64,000 nucleotides of DNA from Acidimicrobiaceae bacterium (GCA_027306925.1 DAHUXW010000089.1:1773-65772), one strand, 5' to 3'; positions 31,726 to 41,244 are shown, counted from the first letter of the stretch. The notes: generated from the letters alone by a model not told the origin. Numbers and translations are program-made.

Positions 31726-33528
31726 ATGAATGCCGCGCGCCCGCCGAGTCCGGTCGAGATCGTCGCGGCGGGGCGTCTCGGCGACGTGCTCGAGGCCGTG
31801 GACCTGCACGGCCACCCGCTTCCGCGCATCCGGCGCGACCGCAGCCTTCCCGACCGATTGCGGATCGTCTACCTGGTCGCGCGCGTCGGTGTCGGGGAAG
31901 GGGAGCGACTGCTTCTCGCCCAGGCGCGAGAGCTCGCCGCGCTCGGAGCGGACGTCACCGTCCTCGTACGCGCGCACCCCGACGACGCGGACGAGGGTCC
32001 CGGCGAGCGCCGGATCGGCACACGCGCGCGCATGCGCCGGGTCCCCTACGGCGAGGCGATGGCCGAGGCGGTGCCGCCGTGCGACCTCATCGTGGCGGGC
32101 TCGTGGGAGTTCGTCGTTCCGGCGCGCCTGCTCGGACTCGCGCCGGTCGTGCTGTTCGAGCAAGGCGAGCTCGAGGGGCTCGGGGACGTTCCGGAGGGAA
32201 TCCACGAGGTCGTCGCGGGCGCGCTGCGCTCCGCGTCGGTCACCTTCGCGGTCGGCGAACGTGCGCCCGGCGAGCTGCGCGCCTCCTACGGGGTCGTCGC
32301 GAGGTCGGCTCCGGGCGTCGTCGACCTCGGCACGTTCCGACCGGCAGCCGGCCGCGCCGCGCCGCGAGCCGAACAGCGGGACGGGATCGTGTACTCGGGG
32401 AGCGACCTTCTGGCGTGGGACCGCGTCGACGACGCACGCGAGGTCGTCGCGCGAGCCGGCTCGTCACACGGGCCGCGCGCGCTGTGGGTCGACCCGCAGG
32501 CGGGCCCGGTGGGCTGCCGGCGCGGGGTCGAGCCGTTCGCCGAGCGCATCGCCGCTCCGGCGCGAGAGGATCTGGCCCAGCTGCTTCGCCGGGCCCGCGT
32601 GTTCCTCTCGACGGCCGCACGCACCGGGTTCGCGACCGCGCCGCTCGAGGCGATGGCCGCCGGGGCCACCGTCGTGTCGAGCGCGCACCCGGGGGTGCTC
32701 GCGTACGCCGAGCACGGGCGGAACGCCTTGCTCGCGCCGGTCGGTGACGTCGAGGGCCTGGCCGACGCGGTGCGCCGTGTCCTCGACGACCCGGAGCTCG
32801 CGTCACGGCTCGCGCGCGCCGGTCTCGAGACCGCGCGCGCCTTCGGGTGGCAGGTCGTCGGGCCGCGCCTGCTCGAGCAGTTCCGTGACGTCGTCGCGAC
32901 CGTCGCCCCGGCGCCTCCGGTCTCCGGGTACGTCGTGCGGCTCGGCGGCCTGCGCTTCGTCCGCCCCGGGGACGCCGCTCGCCTTCGCGCCCGGCTCGGG
33001 GCCTGCACGACCCGCGACGTCGCCCTCCCCGTCTCGCAGCCCGCGTACGACGGTTACCGGGCGGTGCGCTGGCGGGTCGTCGCGCGCCGCGACGGGGCGG
33101 GCGACGGAACGACGCGCGTCTACCTGCCGGCGCGCTCCGAGCGGCCGCTCGCCGACGCGCCCCATCAGGAGGGAATCGACCTGTTGCGCGCCGGGCGGGC
33201 CGAGGAGGCGCTCGAGCGTTTCGTCACACGTTGCGAGAAGGGCTTGTCCGGCGAGCAAGTCGTCCTCGGCCGATGGATCGTGCTCGCGATGCTCGAGGCC
33301 GGACGGCCGTCGGCAGCCGCGGAGCTCGCGGCCGCGTTCGCGACCGACTATCCGACGCACCCCGACTACGTGGTGCTCGGTGTGCGCTGCGCCCTCGCCG
33401 CGCGACGGCCCACGGACGTGAGCGGTCCGATGGCGCGCGTGCGTCTGCTCGGCGTGGGTGCCCGGCACGACGAGTGGTTCGACGAGCCGCACCGGCTGCT
33501 CGCCGGGGAACTCGGGGCGAGCGCCTGA
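31726..33528 (+). CDS. Glycosyltransferase (GT-B, GT4-like) with ~200-aa C-terminal extension
   Basis: 600-aa ORF. GT4 signature FLSTAARTGFATAPLEAMAAGATVVSSAHPGVLAYAEHGRNALL. The C-terminal part has helical-repeat character (EGIDLLRAGRAEEALERF...). Confidence 0.7.
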   Translation: MNAARPPSPVEIVAAGRLGDVLEAVDLHGHPLPRIRRDRSLPDRLRIVYLVARVGVGEGERLLLAQARELAALGADVTVLVRAHPDDADEGPGERRIGTRARMRRVPYGEAMAEAVPPCDLIVAGSWEFVVPARLLGLAPVVLFEQGELEGLGDVPEGIHEVVAGALRSASVTFAVGERAPGELRASYGVVARSAPGVVDLGTFRPAAGRAAPRAEQRDGIVYSGSDLLAWDRVDDAREVVARAGSSHGPRALWVDPQAGPVGCRRGVEPFAERIAAPAREDLAQLLRRARVFLSTAARTGFATAPLEAMAAGATVVSSAHPGVLAYAEHGRNALLAPVGDVEGLADAVRRVLDDPELASRLARAGLETARAFGWQVVGPRLLEQFRDVVATVAPAPPVSGYVVRLGGLRFVRPGDAARLRARLGACTTRDVALPVSQPAYDGYRAVRWRVVARRDGAGDGTTRVYLPARSERPLADAPHQEGIDLLRAGRAEEALERFVTRCEKGLSGEQVVLGRWIVLAMLEAGRPSAAAELAAAFATDYPTHPDYVVLGVRCALAARRPTDVSGPMARVRLLGVGARHDEWFDEPHRLLAGELGASA

Positions 33529-33588
33529 TCGCACCGAGGGATCGGTGCGCGTCGCCCCCGGAGTGGTCGGCGCCGGGTGCGCCGGCGC

Positions 33589-34317
33589 TCAGCGCTGGTT
33601 CGGCGCGAGACGGGCGGCGCCGCGTGCCGCGGTCTCGCGGCGACGGGGCTCGCCGAGCCGGCTCGCGAGCGCGCCGGCCTCGGCCGGGAAGCGCTCCGCG
33701 AGGTACCGGTCGAGCGCGCGGCCGTCGCGCTCCAGCCGGTCCGCGCCCTCGAGGTATATGTGGTCGATCGCGCTCTTGCCGGTCGTGTAGTGCATGTGTT
33801 CGATGACGACCTCGGGGAGGAACTTCGCCCGGCCGAGGCCGCGTCCGAGCTCGAGCCAGAACGTGTCGGCGCCGTTGTGCTCGACGACTGGCGGGACCAT
33901 GTAGCCGAGCTCGCCCACGATGTCGCTCGTCATCACGACCGCGCTGGGGAGGATCGGGCTCGCGGCGAGGTCGTCGCCGTACGCGACGCCGCTGCCGATC
34001 TCGTCGAGCGCCTCGCAGAGCATGCGATCCCAGCCGACTGTGCGCGGCCGATGGTCGTCGCCCATCGACCCGATGAATCGGTAGTCGTCCGCGTGGTCGA
34101 CCGCGACCTCGTTCGTCCAGGTCACGAAGCTCTGGCGCGGTCCGACGGTCACCATCGCGACCCGGTGGGCGTTGTACTGGTAGAGCGCGGGATCGTCGTC
34201 GTCGAGCGCCACGACGAGGTCCGCGTGGCCGCTCGACGTGGTGCGCCACGCCTCGACGAGGCGGTCGAGATTGCTCGGCCGCCCACGGCTCGGAACGATC
34301 ATGAGAAGCGAAGGCAC
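33589..34317 (-). CDS. Putative glycosyltransferase (GT-A-like; DDDD motif)
   Basis: GTG at 34317 preceded by GGAAAGGGA. Has PSLLMIVPSRGRPSNLDRLVEAW...LVVALDDDDP. No closer assignment is possible by eye. Confidence 0.45.
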   Translation of the reverse strand: MPSLLMIVPSRGRPSNLDRLVEAWRTTSSGHADLVVALDDDDPALYQYNAHRVAMVTVGPRQSFVTWTNEVAVDHADDYRFIGSMGDDHRPRTVGWDRMLCEALDEIGSGVAYGDDLAASPILPSAVVMTSDIVGELGYMVPPVVEHNGADTFWLELGRGLGRAKFLPEVVIEHMHYTTGKSAIDHIYLEGADRLERDGRALDRYLAERFPAEAGALASRLGEPRRRETAARGAARLAPNQR

Positions 34318-34458
34318 GTCGTCCCTTTCCTTTGGACCCGTCCAACCAATCGGTGGACTGCCTTCCTCGCAGCCCACGGCGATGCTCATGCTCCTAACGG
34401 CGGGAAGCCGCCCGCGATGAAGGGACCGCGAGGGGCCGCGTCCCGCTTCGCGCGGCGC

Positions 34459-34908
34459 CTAGATCGTCCCCTCGGGACGCCAGACGCGCACGACGATCGG
34501 CTCGCCCGCCCACGCGAGCAGGACCTCGCTCTCGAGATCCGCGGCGAAGCGCCACTCGCCGCCGTCGTCCAGGATCGGCACGGACAGGCTCGTCGGCGCC
34601 GGCAGGATGCTCTTGATGTTCCCGCCGACGACGTTCACGAGCTCGCCGACCGCGTCGCGCACGTCGGCTTCCGCGATCTCGGACGGCTCGGCCGCGAACA
34701 TGACGGACGCGATCTTGCGGGCGACCGCCATCGAGCACGAGACCTCCACGCACCCCGTCCACGCACCGTCGATGTCGACCCTACCGCGCACGTCCTCGAT
34801 CGCCGGGAGGTCGACGGCCGGGATGAGGTCGCCCGCGTCGGGCAGGTACGCCCCCCAGAACGTCTGGGTGATCTCGGCGATCGTCTCGTTGCTCACGAGA
34901 TCGGTCAT
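34459..34908 (-). CDS. cheX: Chemotaxis phosphatase CheX-like protein
   Basis: ATG at 34908 (ATGA overlap with the cheY stop). DAVGELVN fits the CheC/CheX D/S-x3-E-x2-N motif. Confidence 0.7.
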   Translation of the reverse strand: MTDLVSNETIAEITQTFWGAYLPDAGDLIPAVDLPAIEDVRGRVDIDGAWTGCVEVSCSMAVARKIASVMFAAEPSEIAEADVRDAVGELVNVVGGNIKSILPAPTSLSVPILDDGGEWRFAADLESEVLLAWAGEPIVVRVWRPEGTI

Positions 34909-35318
34909 GGCTGGGTAGCACCTCCGTAGGAGTCGCCGGCTGGGACCGTCGCGCAGTGGAGCCCGAGGAGCGAGAGCTTCTCGACGACGGCGTCCGCGGT
35001 GAACGGCTTGATCAGGTATTCGTTCGCGCCGGCGAGCAGCGCACGGACCATGTTCTCGTGCTCGCTCTCGGTCGTGACCATCATGATCGCCATGTGGCGC
35101 CACTCCTTGTGCGCCCGCAGCTCGGTCACGAGCTCGAGCCCGTCCATGACCGGCATGTGCCAGTCGACGAGCACGAGTTCCGGCACCGGGCCCGCTTCGA
35201 CGAGATCGATCGCGGCTCGGCCCTCGGCCGCCTCGGCGACCTCGATCCCGAGCTGGAGCAGGATCTGGCGCAACAGGCTGCGCATCGCCCGCGAGTCGTC
35301 GACCACCAGGGCGCGCAT
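34905..35318 (-). CDS. cheY: Chemotaxis response regulator CheY
   Basis: ATG at 35318 (ATGA overlap with the cheR stop). Has MRALVVDDSRAMR, VLVDWHMPVMDG, MVTTES, LIKPF. Confidence 0.85.
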   Translation of the reverse strand: MRALVVDDSRAMRSLLRQILLQLGIEVAEAAEGRAAIDLVEAGPVPELVLVDWHMPVMDGLELVTELRAHKEWRHMAIMMVTTESEHENMVRALLAGANEYLIKPFTADAVVEKLSLLGLHCATVPAGDSYGGATQP

Positions 35319-36142
35319 CAGGACTCCTCCCGTCGGAAGACCGTCGTCGCGCCGACCGGGATCGGCCGGAAGCCGTCGACGAGTCCTCGAGTCGTCTCCG
35401 CCGTGCCGAGGAGCAGGAAGCCACCGGGACGCAGCCGCCCCCTCACCCGCTCGAGCACGTCCCGCTTCGTCTCGACATCGAAGTAGATGAGGACGTTGCG
35501 GAGCAGGATGACGTCGTAGTCCTGCATCGGCGGCCACGGCCGGGCGAGGTTGAACAGCTCGAAGCGGACGCGTGAGCGGATCGAGTCGGCGATGACGAAC
35601 TGCGCGCCCTCACGTCGGAAGTAGCGGACGAGGAGCGTGGCGGGCAGCCCGCGGTTGATCTCGAGGGCGGTGAAGCTGCCCGTTCGGGCGCGCTGGACGA
35701 CCGTCGTCGAGAGATCGGTCCCGTGGAGGTCGACGCGCCACGACGCGAGGTCGGAGAACTCCGAGTCGAGGAGCATCGCGACGCTGTAGAGCTCCTGGCC
35801 CGTCGAGCACGCGGCGGACCAGATCGCGAGGCGCCGCCGCGTGACGTTCGACGCGACGAGCTCGGGCAGCACGAGGTTCCTGAGCGCGTCGAACGGCGCC
35901 GCATCCCGGAACCACGACGTCTCATTGGTCGTCATCGCGTCGACGACCGCGGTCTCGACGGTCTTGTCCCCCCTGCGGATCGCGCGGACGAGGTCCGTGA
36001 TCGACTCGACGCCGTGCCGCTGCACGACCGGAAGCAGCCTCGTCTCCACGAGGTACTGCTTGTCCTCGCTCAGCACGATCGCGGACCTGTCGAGCAGGAA
36101 CCCCTGCAGGTACTGGAAGTCCTCTGCGGTCGCAGTCGTCAC
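35318..36142 (-). CDS. cheR: Chemotaxis protein methyltransferase CheR
   Basis: TTNETSWFRD, IWSAACSTGQELYSVAML and ILLRNVLIYFD motifs. Confidence 0.9.
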   Translation of the reverse strand: MTTATAEDFQYLQGFLLDRSAIVLSEDKQYLVETRLLPVVQRHGVESITDLVRAIRRGDKTVETAVVDAMTTNETSWFRDAAPFDALRNLVLPELVASNVTRRRLAIWSAACSTGQELYSVAMLLDSEFSDLASWRVDLHGTDLSTTVVQRARTGSFTALEINRGLPATLLVRYFRREGAQFVIADSIRSRVRFELFNLARPWPPMQDYDVILLRNVLIYFDVETKRDVLERVRGRLRPGGFLLLGTAETTRGLVDGFRPIPVGATTVFRREES

Positions 36143-37248
36143 GCGGGGCTCCCCGCGAGCGCGCGCCCGAGGTGTCGCCCGATCGCCGGCGCGACGTCGG
36201 GGAGCGGGAGGATCTCGGTGGCGAGGCCGGCGCGGCTCACGGCGCCGGGCATCCCCCAGACGACCGAGCTCGCCTCGTCCTGCGCGACGACCGCGCCACC
36301 CGCCTCGCAGATCCGCCGGCAGCCGTCAAGCCCGTCCTGGCCCATCCCCGTGAGCACGACCGCGAGCACCCGGCCGCCCCAGACCTCGACCGCGCTGCGG
36401 AACATCACGTCCACCGCCGGCTTGCAGGAATTCTCCGGAGGCCCGTCGTCCAGCGTGACGACCACGGAGGCGCCGCGCCGACGGGCCACCATGTGCACGC
36501 CGCCCGACGCGACGTAGACCCTGCCTGCGACGACCGGCACCTCGGCCGAGACCTCGACGACCTCGAGCGCGCTGCGCGCGTCGAGGCGCTCGGCGAGAAG
36601 CTTCGTGAAGAGCGGCGGCATGTGCTGGACGACGAGCACTGGGACCGGCAGGCTCGCGGGCAGCCGAGGGATGACCTCGGTGAGCGCGTGTGGACCGCCG
36701 GTCGAGGACCCGATGACGAGGACCTCGGGTCGCGAACGGTCGACGCGCGCGCGCAAGGTCGGAGCCGGCGCAGGCACGCGAGCGGGAGGCGCCGTCGCTG
36801 GTGTAGGTCGCGCCGCCGCGAGGCGGGCGCGGTGCAGGTTGCCCCAGGAGCGGACGACCGGCGCGAGCTCCGACCGCACCGCGCGACCCGCTGCGTCGCG
36901 GTCGGCGACGTGTGACGGCTTCAGCACGTAGTCGGTGGCCCCGAGCGAGAGCGCGTCGAGCGTCGCGGCGGCGCCGCGCTGGGTGAGCGTGCTGTACATG
37001 ACGACCGGCACGTCCGGCCAGCGCGGGCGGAGCTCGGCGAGGGTCGCGAGCCCGTCCAGCACAGGCATCTCCACGTCGAGCACGACGACGTCGGGGAGCT
37101 CACGCTCGAGGCGCTCGATCGCCTGACGACCGTTGGACGCGGTGGCTGCGACGACGATGTCGGGCTCCTCCTGGAGCGCCTCGCTCACGAAGCGACGGAT
37201 CACCGCCGAGTCGTCGACGAGCAGGACCCGGACCGGGGGCGCCGTCAC
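36139..37248 (-). CDS. cheB: Chemotaxis response regulator protein-glutamate methylesterase CheB
   Basis: GTG at 37248 (GTGA overlap with cheW). Receiver domain (VRVLLVDDSAVIR, VLDVEMPVLDG). Esterase domain (IGSSTGGPHAL, VQHMPPLFT, TGMGQDG). Confidence 0.9.
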   Translation of the reverse strand: MTAPPVRVLLVDDSAVIRRFVSEALQEEPDIVVAATASNGRQAIERLERELPDVVVLDVEMPVLDGLATLAELRPRWPDVPVVMYSTLTQRGAAATLDALSLGATDYVLKPSHVADRDAAGRAVRSELAPVVRSWGNLHRARLAAARPTPATAPPARVPAPAPTLRARVDRSRPEVLVIGSSTGGPHALTEVIPRLPASLPVPVLVVQHMPPLFTKLLAERLDARSALEVVEVSAEVPVVAGRVYVASGGVHMVARRRGASVVVTLDDGPPENSCKPAVDVMFRSAVEVWGGRVLAVVLTGMGQDGLDGCRRICEAGGAVVAQDEASSVVWGMPGAVSRAGLATEILPLPDVAPAIGRHLGRALAGSPA

Positions 37249-37754
37249 GAGGCGCGCCGTGTCGCCGAGTGGGGTGCGCCGGCGACGTTCTCGCCACTGA
37301 TCCTCGTGACCGACTCGGTGTCGAGCACGAGCAGGAGCGCGCCGTCGAGCTTGAACGTGCCCGAGAACATCGTGCGGATCTGCTCGGAAGCGGTCGACGG
37401 AACTCCCTCGTGGGTGTCCGCCGCCGGCTCGACCACCTCGCCCGCTTCGTCGACGAGCAGGCTGATCGCCTCGTCGTCCAGGCGGAGCACGACGTTCATC
37501 GAGCTCGTACCACCGTCGGAGCGTTCGGGCAGGCGGAGCCACTGGCGGACGTCGATCGCCGTGACGATCTGGCCGCGCAGGTTGATGAGCCCGCGCACCT
37601 CCTTCGGCGCGAGCGGCACGTGGGTCATCGGCTGGTGGCGGATGACCTCCTGGACGCGCCAGACCTCGATGCCGATGAGGAGATGGTCGACCTTGAACGT
37701 GCAGTACTGCGCCGTCGCGTCGCCGCCGGCCGCGTGGTTCTGTTCAGGCGACAC
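37245..37754 (-). CDS. cheW: Chemotaxis coupling protein CheW
   Basis: YCTFKVDHLLIGIEVWRVQEVI...GLINLRGQIVTAIDVR. Confidence 0.85.
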   Translation of the reverse strand: MSPEQNHAAGGDATAQYCTFKVDHLLIGIEVWRVQEVIRHQPMTHVPLAPKEVRGLINLRGQIVTAIDVRQWLRLPERSDGGTSSMNVVLRLDDEAISLLVDEAGEVVEPAADTHEGVPSTASEQIRTMFSGTFKLDGALLLVLDTESVTRISGENVAGAPHSATRRAS

Positions 37755-39954
37755 GTTCGGGCTCCTTGCCGGCTAGTGCGAACGCCGCGTCGACGTCGAG
37801 GACGTCGGTGACGTGGCCGTGGACGACGGTCGAGCCGAGGATGCCCGGACCCGCACCGACGGGGCGTACCTCGAACACCCCTTCGACGATGTCGAGGATC
37901 TCGCTCGCGACGAGCCCGAGGTGTCGCTCCCCGTCGGAGTAGACGACGACCGGGATGTTCGCGGGCCCGCCGTCGGCCCCGACCGGCGCGTCTTCGCACG
38001 CGGCGTCGAGGATCTCGGACAGCGCGACGAGCCGGAGAAGGTCGCCCCGGTACTGAAGGACCCGGCCGCTGCCGGCCTGCTCGACGCTGGAGGACGGTGC
38101 CTCCTCGAGACGGGCGACGGCCTTCAGCGGGACGGCGACCCGCCGGTCTCGCCCGACGCGGAGCAGTACGAACGTGCTGCGCTCGAGCGGCCGGTCCTCG
38201 TCGTCGGCGAGATCGGACGAGAGCGCCAGCCCGGCGGTGACCTCTTCGACCCGGGCGGCCGCCGCGAGTCCGATCACGTCGAGGATGAGCGCGACGTCGC
38301 CGTCGCCGAGGATCGTCGCGCCGGCGAAGAGCGGGACCTGCTTTACGTGGCGTCCGAGGGGCTTCACTACGATCTCCTCGGTGCCGAAGACCTCGTCGAC
38401 CGCGACGCCCAGGAGCAGCCCGTCCGCCTGGAGCACGACGATGCTCACGGCCTCGGGCTGTTCGTCAGCGGCGAGCGGCGCGAAGCCGAGCGTCTCGTCG
38501 AGGCGCACGAGCGGCAGGAGCTTGCCCCGGAGCCGGTACACGAGCGCCCCGCCGATGCGCTCGATGTCGGAGCCCGCGCCGTCGCCGCGCAGCTGCACCA
38601 TCTCGAGCAAGTTGGCCTGCGGGATCGCGTAGCGCTGGCCCCTGCAGCCGACGAGCAGGGCGGGAATGATGGCGAGCGTCAGCGGGATCTTGATCCGGAA
38701 CGTCGTCCCGGTGCCCGGAGCGCTCGAGAGGTCGACGGTGCCGCCGATCCGCTCGACGTTCGTCCGCACGACGTCCATGCCGACCCCGCGGCCCGACACG
38801 TTCGTCACGCTCTGCGCGGTCGAGAAGCCGGCTCGGAAGATGAGGTCGACGACCTCGCGCTCGCTCATCGAGTCGAGCTCGCCCTTGCTCACGAGGCCGC
38901 GCTCGAGCGCCTTCGCGGCGATCTTGGCGGGGTCGATGCCCGCACCGTCGTCCGCGACCTCGAGCACGACCTGGCCGCCCTCGTGCGACGCGCGCAACGC
39001 GAGGGTCCCGGTCGCCGGCTTGCCCGCCGCGATGCGCGCGTCGGGCTGCTCGATCGCGTGGTCGATCGCGTTCCGCACGAGGTGGGTGAGCGGGTCCTTC
39101 ACGGCCTCGAGGAGGGACCGGTCGAGCTCGGTCTCGCCACCTTCCATCTCGAGGGAGACCATCTTGTCGAACTGCGCGGCGAGATCGCGGATGACCCGGG
39201 GGAGCTTGGACCAGAGCTGCTCGACCGGCTGCATCCGGGTCTTCATCACGCCTTCCTGCAGCTCGCTCACGATCATCGACAGGCGCTGGACCGTCTGGTG
39301 GAGCGCCTGGTTATCGATCATCTCGACGTGCGCGCTCACCTGGTTGCGCGCAAGTACCAGCTCGCCGACCTGGCTCATCATCGAGTCGAGAAGCTCGACG
39401 TCCACGCGGACGCTGCGCTCGCCAGCGCTTCGGTGGGGCTCTGGGTGCGCAGTCTCGGCCACCACGGGCTCTGGGTGCGCAGTCTCGGCCACCACGGGCT
39501 CCGGGTGCGCAGCCTCGGCCACCACGGGCTCCGGGTGCGCAGCCTCGGCCACCACGGGCTCTGGGTCTTGCTGGAGCACGTTGATCCGTGCGATCAGGCC
39601 CGAAAGGTCGCGGTCGTCCTCGGCTCCCGTCGCCTCGATCGCGGAAAGCAGCGCGCGGATCGCGTCCACGACCTCGAGCAGGACGTCGGTCCGTTCCTTG
39701 GTGAGCCCGAGCCGGCCGTCGCGAAGATCGCTGAGCAGGTTCTCCGCGGCATGGGAGAGGCCCTCGAGAAGACCGAACCCGAGGAACCCGGTCGTGCCCT
39801 TCACGGTGTGGATCGTCCGGAAGACACTCCCGAGCAGGTCGCTCGAGGTCGGGTCGCTCTCGAGCGCGACGAGGTCCTGGTCGAGCTGGTCGAGGTTCTC
39901 GTTGGTCTCGACCAGGAACTCCTGGACGATCTCGTTCATCGCGTCGTCGTTCAT
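37744..39954 (-). CDS. cheA: Chemotaxis histidine kinase CheA
   Basis: Hpt box FRTIHTVKGTTGFLG, HATPase (HLVRNAIDHAIE, DDGAGID, GRGVGMDVV) and a CheW-like C-terminal domain. AGGAGGG lies upstream of ATG 39954. Confidence 0.9.
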   Translation of the reverse strand: MNDDAMNEIVQEFLVETNENLDQLDQDLVALESDPTSSDLLGSVFRTIHTVKGTTGFLGFGLLEGLSHAAENLLSDLRDGRLGLTKERTDVLLEVVDAIRALLSAIEATGAEDDRDLSGLIARINVLQQDPEPVVAEAAHPEPVVAEAAHPEPVVAETAHPEPVVAETAHPEPHRSAGERSVRVDVELLDSMMSQVGELVLARNQVSAHVEMIDNQALHQTVQRLSMIVSELQEGVMKTRMQPVEQLWSKLPRVIRDLAAQFDKMVSLEMEGGETELDRSLLEAVKDPLTHLVRNAIDHAIEQPDARIAAGKPATGTLALRASHEGGQVVLEVADDGAGIDPAKIAAKALERGLVSKGELDSMSEREVVDLIFRAGFSTAQSVTNVSGRGVGMDVVRTNVERIGGTVDLSSAPGTGTTFRIKIPLTLAIIPALLVGCRGQRYAIPQANLLEMVQLRGDGAGSDIERIGGALVYRLRGKLLPLVRLDETLGFAPLAADEQPEAVSIVVLQADGLLLGVAVDEVFGTEEIVVKPLGRHVKQVPLFAGATILGDGDVALILDVIGLAAAARVEEVTAGLALSSDLADDEDRPLERSTFVLLRVGRDRRVAVPLKAVARLEEAPSSSVEQAGSGRVLQYRGDLLRLVALSEILDAACEDAPVGADGGPANIPVVVYSDGERHLGLVASEILDIVEGVFEVRPVGAGPGILGSTVVHGHVTDVLDVDAAFALAGKEPERVA
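39436..39567. repeat. 30-bp tandem repeat, about 4.4 copies, inside the cheA P1-P2/P3 linker
   Basis: GGGCTC(T/C)GGGTGCGCAG(T/C)CTCGGCCACCAC repeated head to tail. It encodes PEPVVAE(A/T)AH four times. Two sequence variants occur in an AABB arrangement. Confidence 0.9.
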
Positions 39955-39991
39955 CGCCTCGTCCCCGCCCTCCTGGTGCCGGCCGCCGGGC

Positions 39992-40831
39992 TCATGCCGG
40001 CACCAGCCCGTGCGTGCGCGCGTACGCGCGCAGTCGCTTGATCGCAGCGCTCCGGATCTGGCACACGCGGCTCTCGCTCACGCCGAGCCGCGCGCCGATC
40101 TCCGCGAGCGTGAGTCCCTCGCAGTAGCTCAGCGCGGTGACCGTGCGCTCGCGCTCGTCGAGGCTCGCGAGCCCGGCGCGCAGCGCGGTCGCGGTCTCGT
40201 TCGCGACCCAGCGGGCGAGCGGCTCGGGTGCGGGGTCGCTCGGCTCGGTCTCCGCCCCGCGCGACTCTGTCGGCCACGACCGGTCGAGGGAGGCGACCCG
40301 TGCATCGCTGATCTGGTGCTTCGAGCTGCGAAGCGCGTCGATCGCTACGCCGAGCGAGCGGGCCTCCTCCGCCTCGGTCGGCTCGCGGCCGTGTTCGGCG
40401 CACAGGCGCGCGAAGTTGGACTGGATCTCGCGCTCCTTACGCCGGACGCTGCGCGGCGCCCAGTCGACACGCCGGATCCCGTCGTAGATGGCCCCGCGGA
40501 TGCGGTGCGCGGCGAAGGTCGCGAACTGCGCGCCGCGCGAGGTGTCGAAGCGGTCGACGGCGTCGAGGAGCCCCTCCGCGCCATAGCCCTCGAGATCCTC
40601 GACCTCGACGCGGTTCGACAGCGATGACGCGACCCGGCGCGTGATGTGCTTGACGAGCGGGTAGTAGGCAGTCACGAGTGAGTCGCGCACCGCCGCGTCG
40701 CGCGTCGCGTGGAACACGCGCCACATCGCGGCGAGCTCCGCGGCGCGTTCCGACGGACCGCTCGCCGGCTCGCCACCGCCTTTGGGGGCGTCCTGCGCGT
40801 CCTTCGTGGCCGAGCGACGGACCTCGGTCAT
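39992..40831 (-). CDS. fliA: FliA/WhiG family RNA polymerase sigma factor (sigma-28 type), copy 2; first gene of the che operon
   Basis: ATG at 40831. Region 2 is YYPLVKHITRRV...FATFAAHRIRGAIYDGIRRVDWAPRSVRRK. Region 4 is LTLAEIGARLGVSESRVCQIRSAAIKRLR. It ends 37 nt before cheA. Confidence 0.8.
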   Translation of the reverse strand: MTEVRRSATKDAQDAPKGGGEPASGPSERAAELAAMWRVFHATRDAAVRDSLVTAYYPLVKHITRRVASSLSNRVEVEDLEGYGAEGLLDAVDRFDTSRGAQFATFAAHRIRGAIYDGIRRVDWAPRSVRRKEREIQSNFARLCAEHGREPTEAEEARSLGVAIDALRSSKHQISDARVASLDRSWPTESRGAETEPSDPAPEPLARWVANETATALRAGLASLDERERTVTALSYCEGLTLAEIGARLGVSESRVCQIRSAAIKRLRAYARTHGLVPA

Positions 40832-41244
40832 CGACACGGGATTCCGGGCGCGTGAGGCGTGCAGGAGCGGCCGTGCGCGACTGCCGTCCGGCGACGTCGA
40901 TCGGCGTGCTGCCACCGTCGTGGGTCGTGCGATCCTTCGGTCGACATCGCGCTGTCGTCACCTTCCGCTGCAGGCCGTGGCTGCCCGGGGGCCGCCCGCT
41001 CGTCGCGCGGACTGCCCGGTACCCAGGGTTACGGCGCGGTCGCGCCCGGCCTTGATAGGCAGTTGTGCGCGCGGGACGCCTCGCGCGCCGTCGGCGCCGC
41101 GACAGTCGTTCAGGCGACCTCGGCGGGCACCGCGGGGAGCGGGCGCGCGGCCGGTGAGGGTCTCGCGCGCGTGGCCGCGGAGCTCGAGGGCCACGTCGGG
41201 CGGTTTCGCCCGTGGGGCGGCGCGCCGCCCCACGCTCCGAGATG

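Noticed and set aside
34394-34422. Perfect GCCGTTAG -10 (minus strand) upstream of the GT-A-like gene.
   Set aside because: The -35 position reads CTTCAT (3 of 6). It is mentioned in a finding but not listed as a promoter feature.
39436-39567. Regular 30-bp repeats considered as a possible CRISPR array.
   Set aside because: The repeats are contiguous with no spacers, in frame within cheA, and encode a peptide repeat.
41028-41056. Possible minus-strand sigma-28-like site ATCAAG-N15-GCCGTAAC upstream of the fliA copy 2 / che operon.
   Set aside because: The spacing is right, but the -10 matches only 5 of 8 positions and the -35 only 5 of 6. It would also need a ~190-nt leader. That is too weak to call, although auto-regulation of fliA would be plausible.
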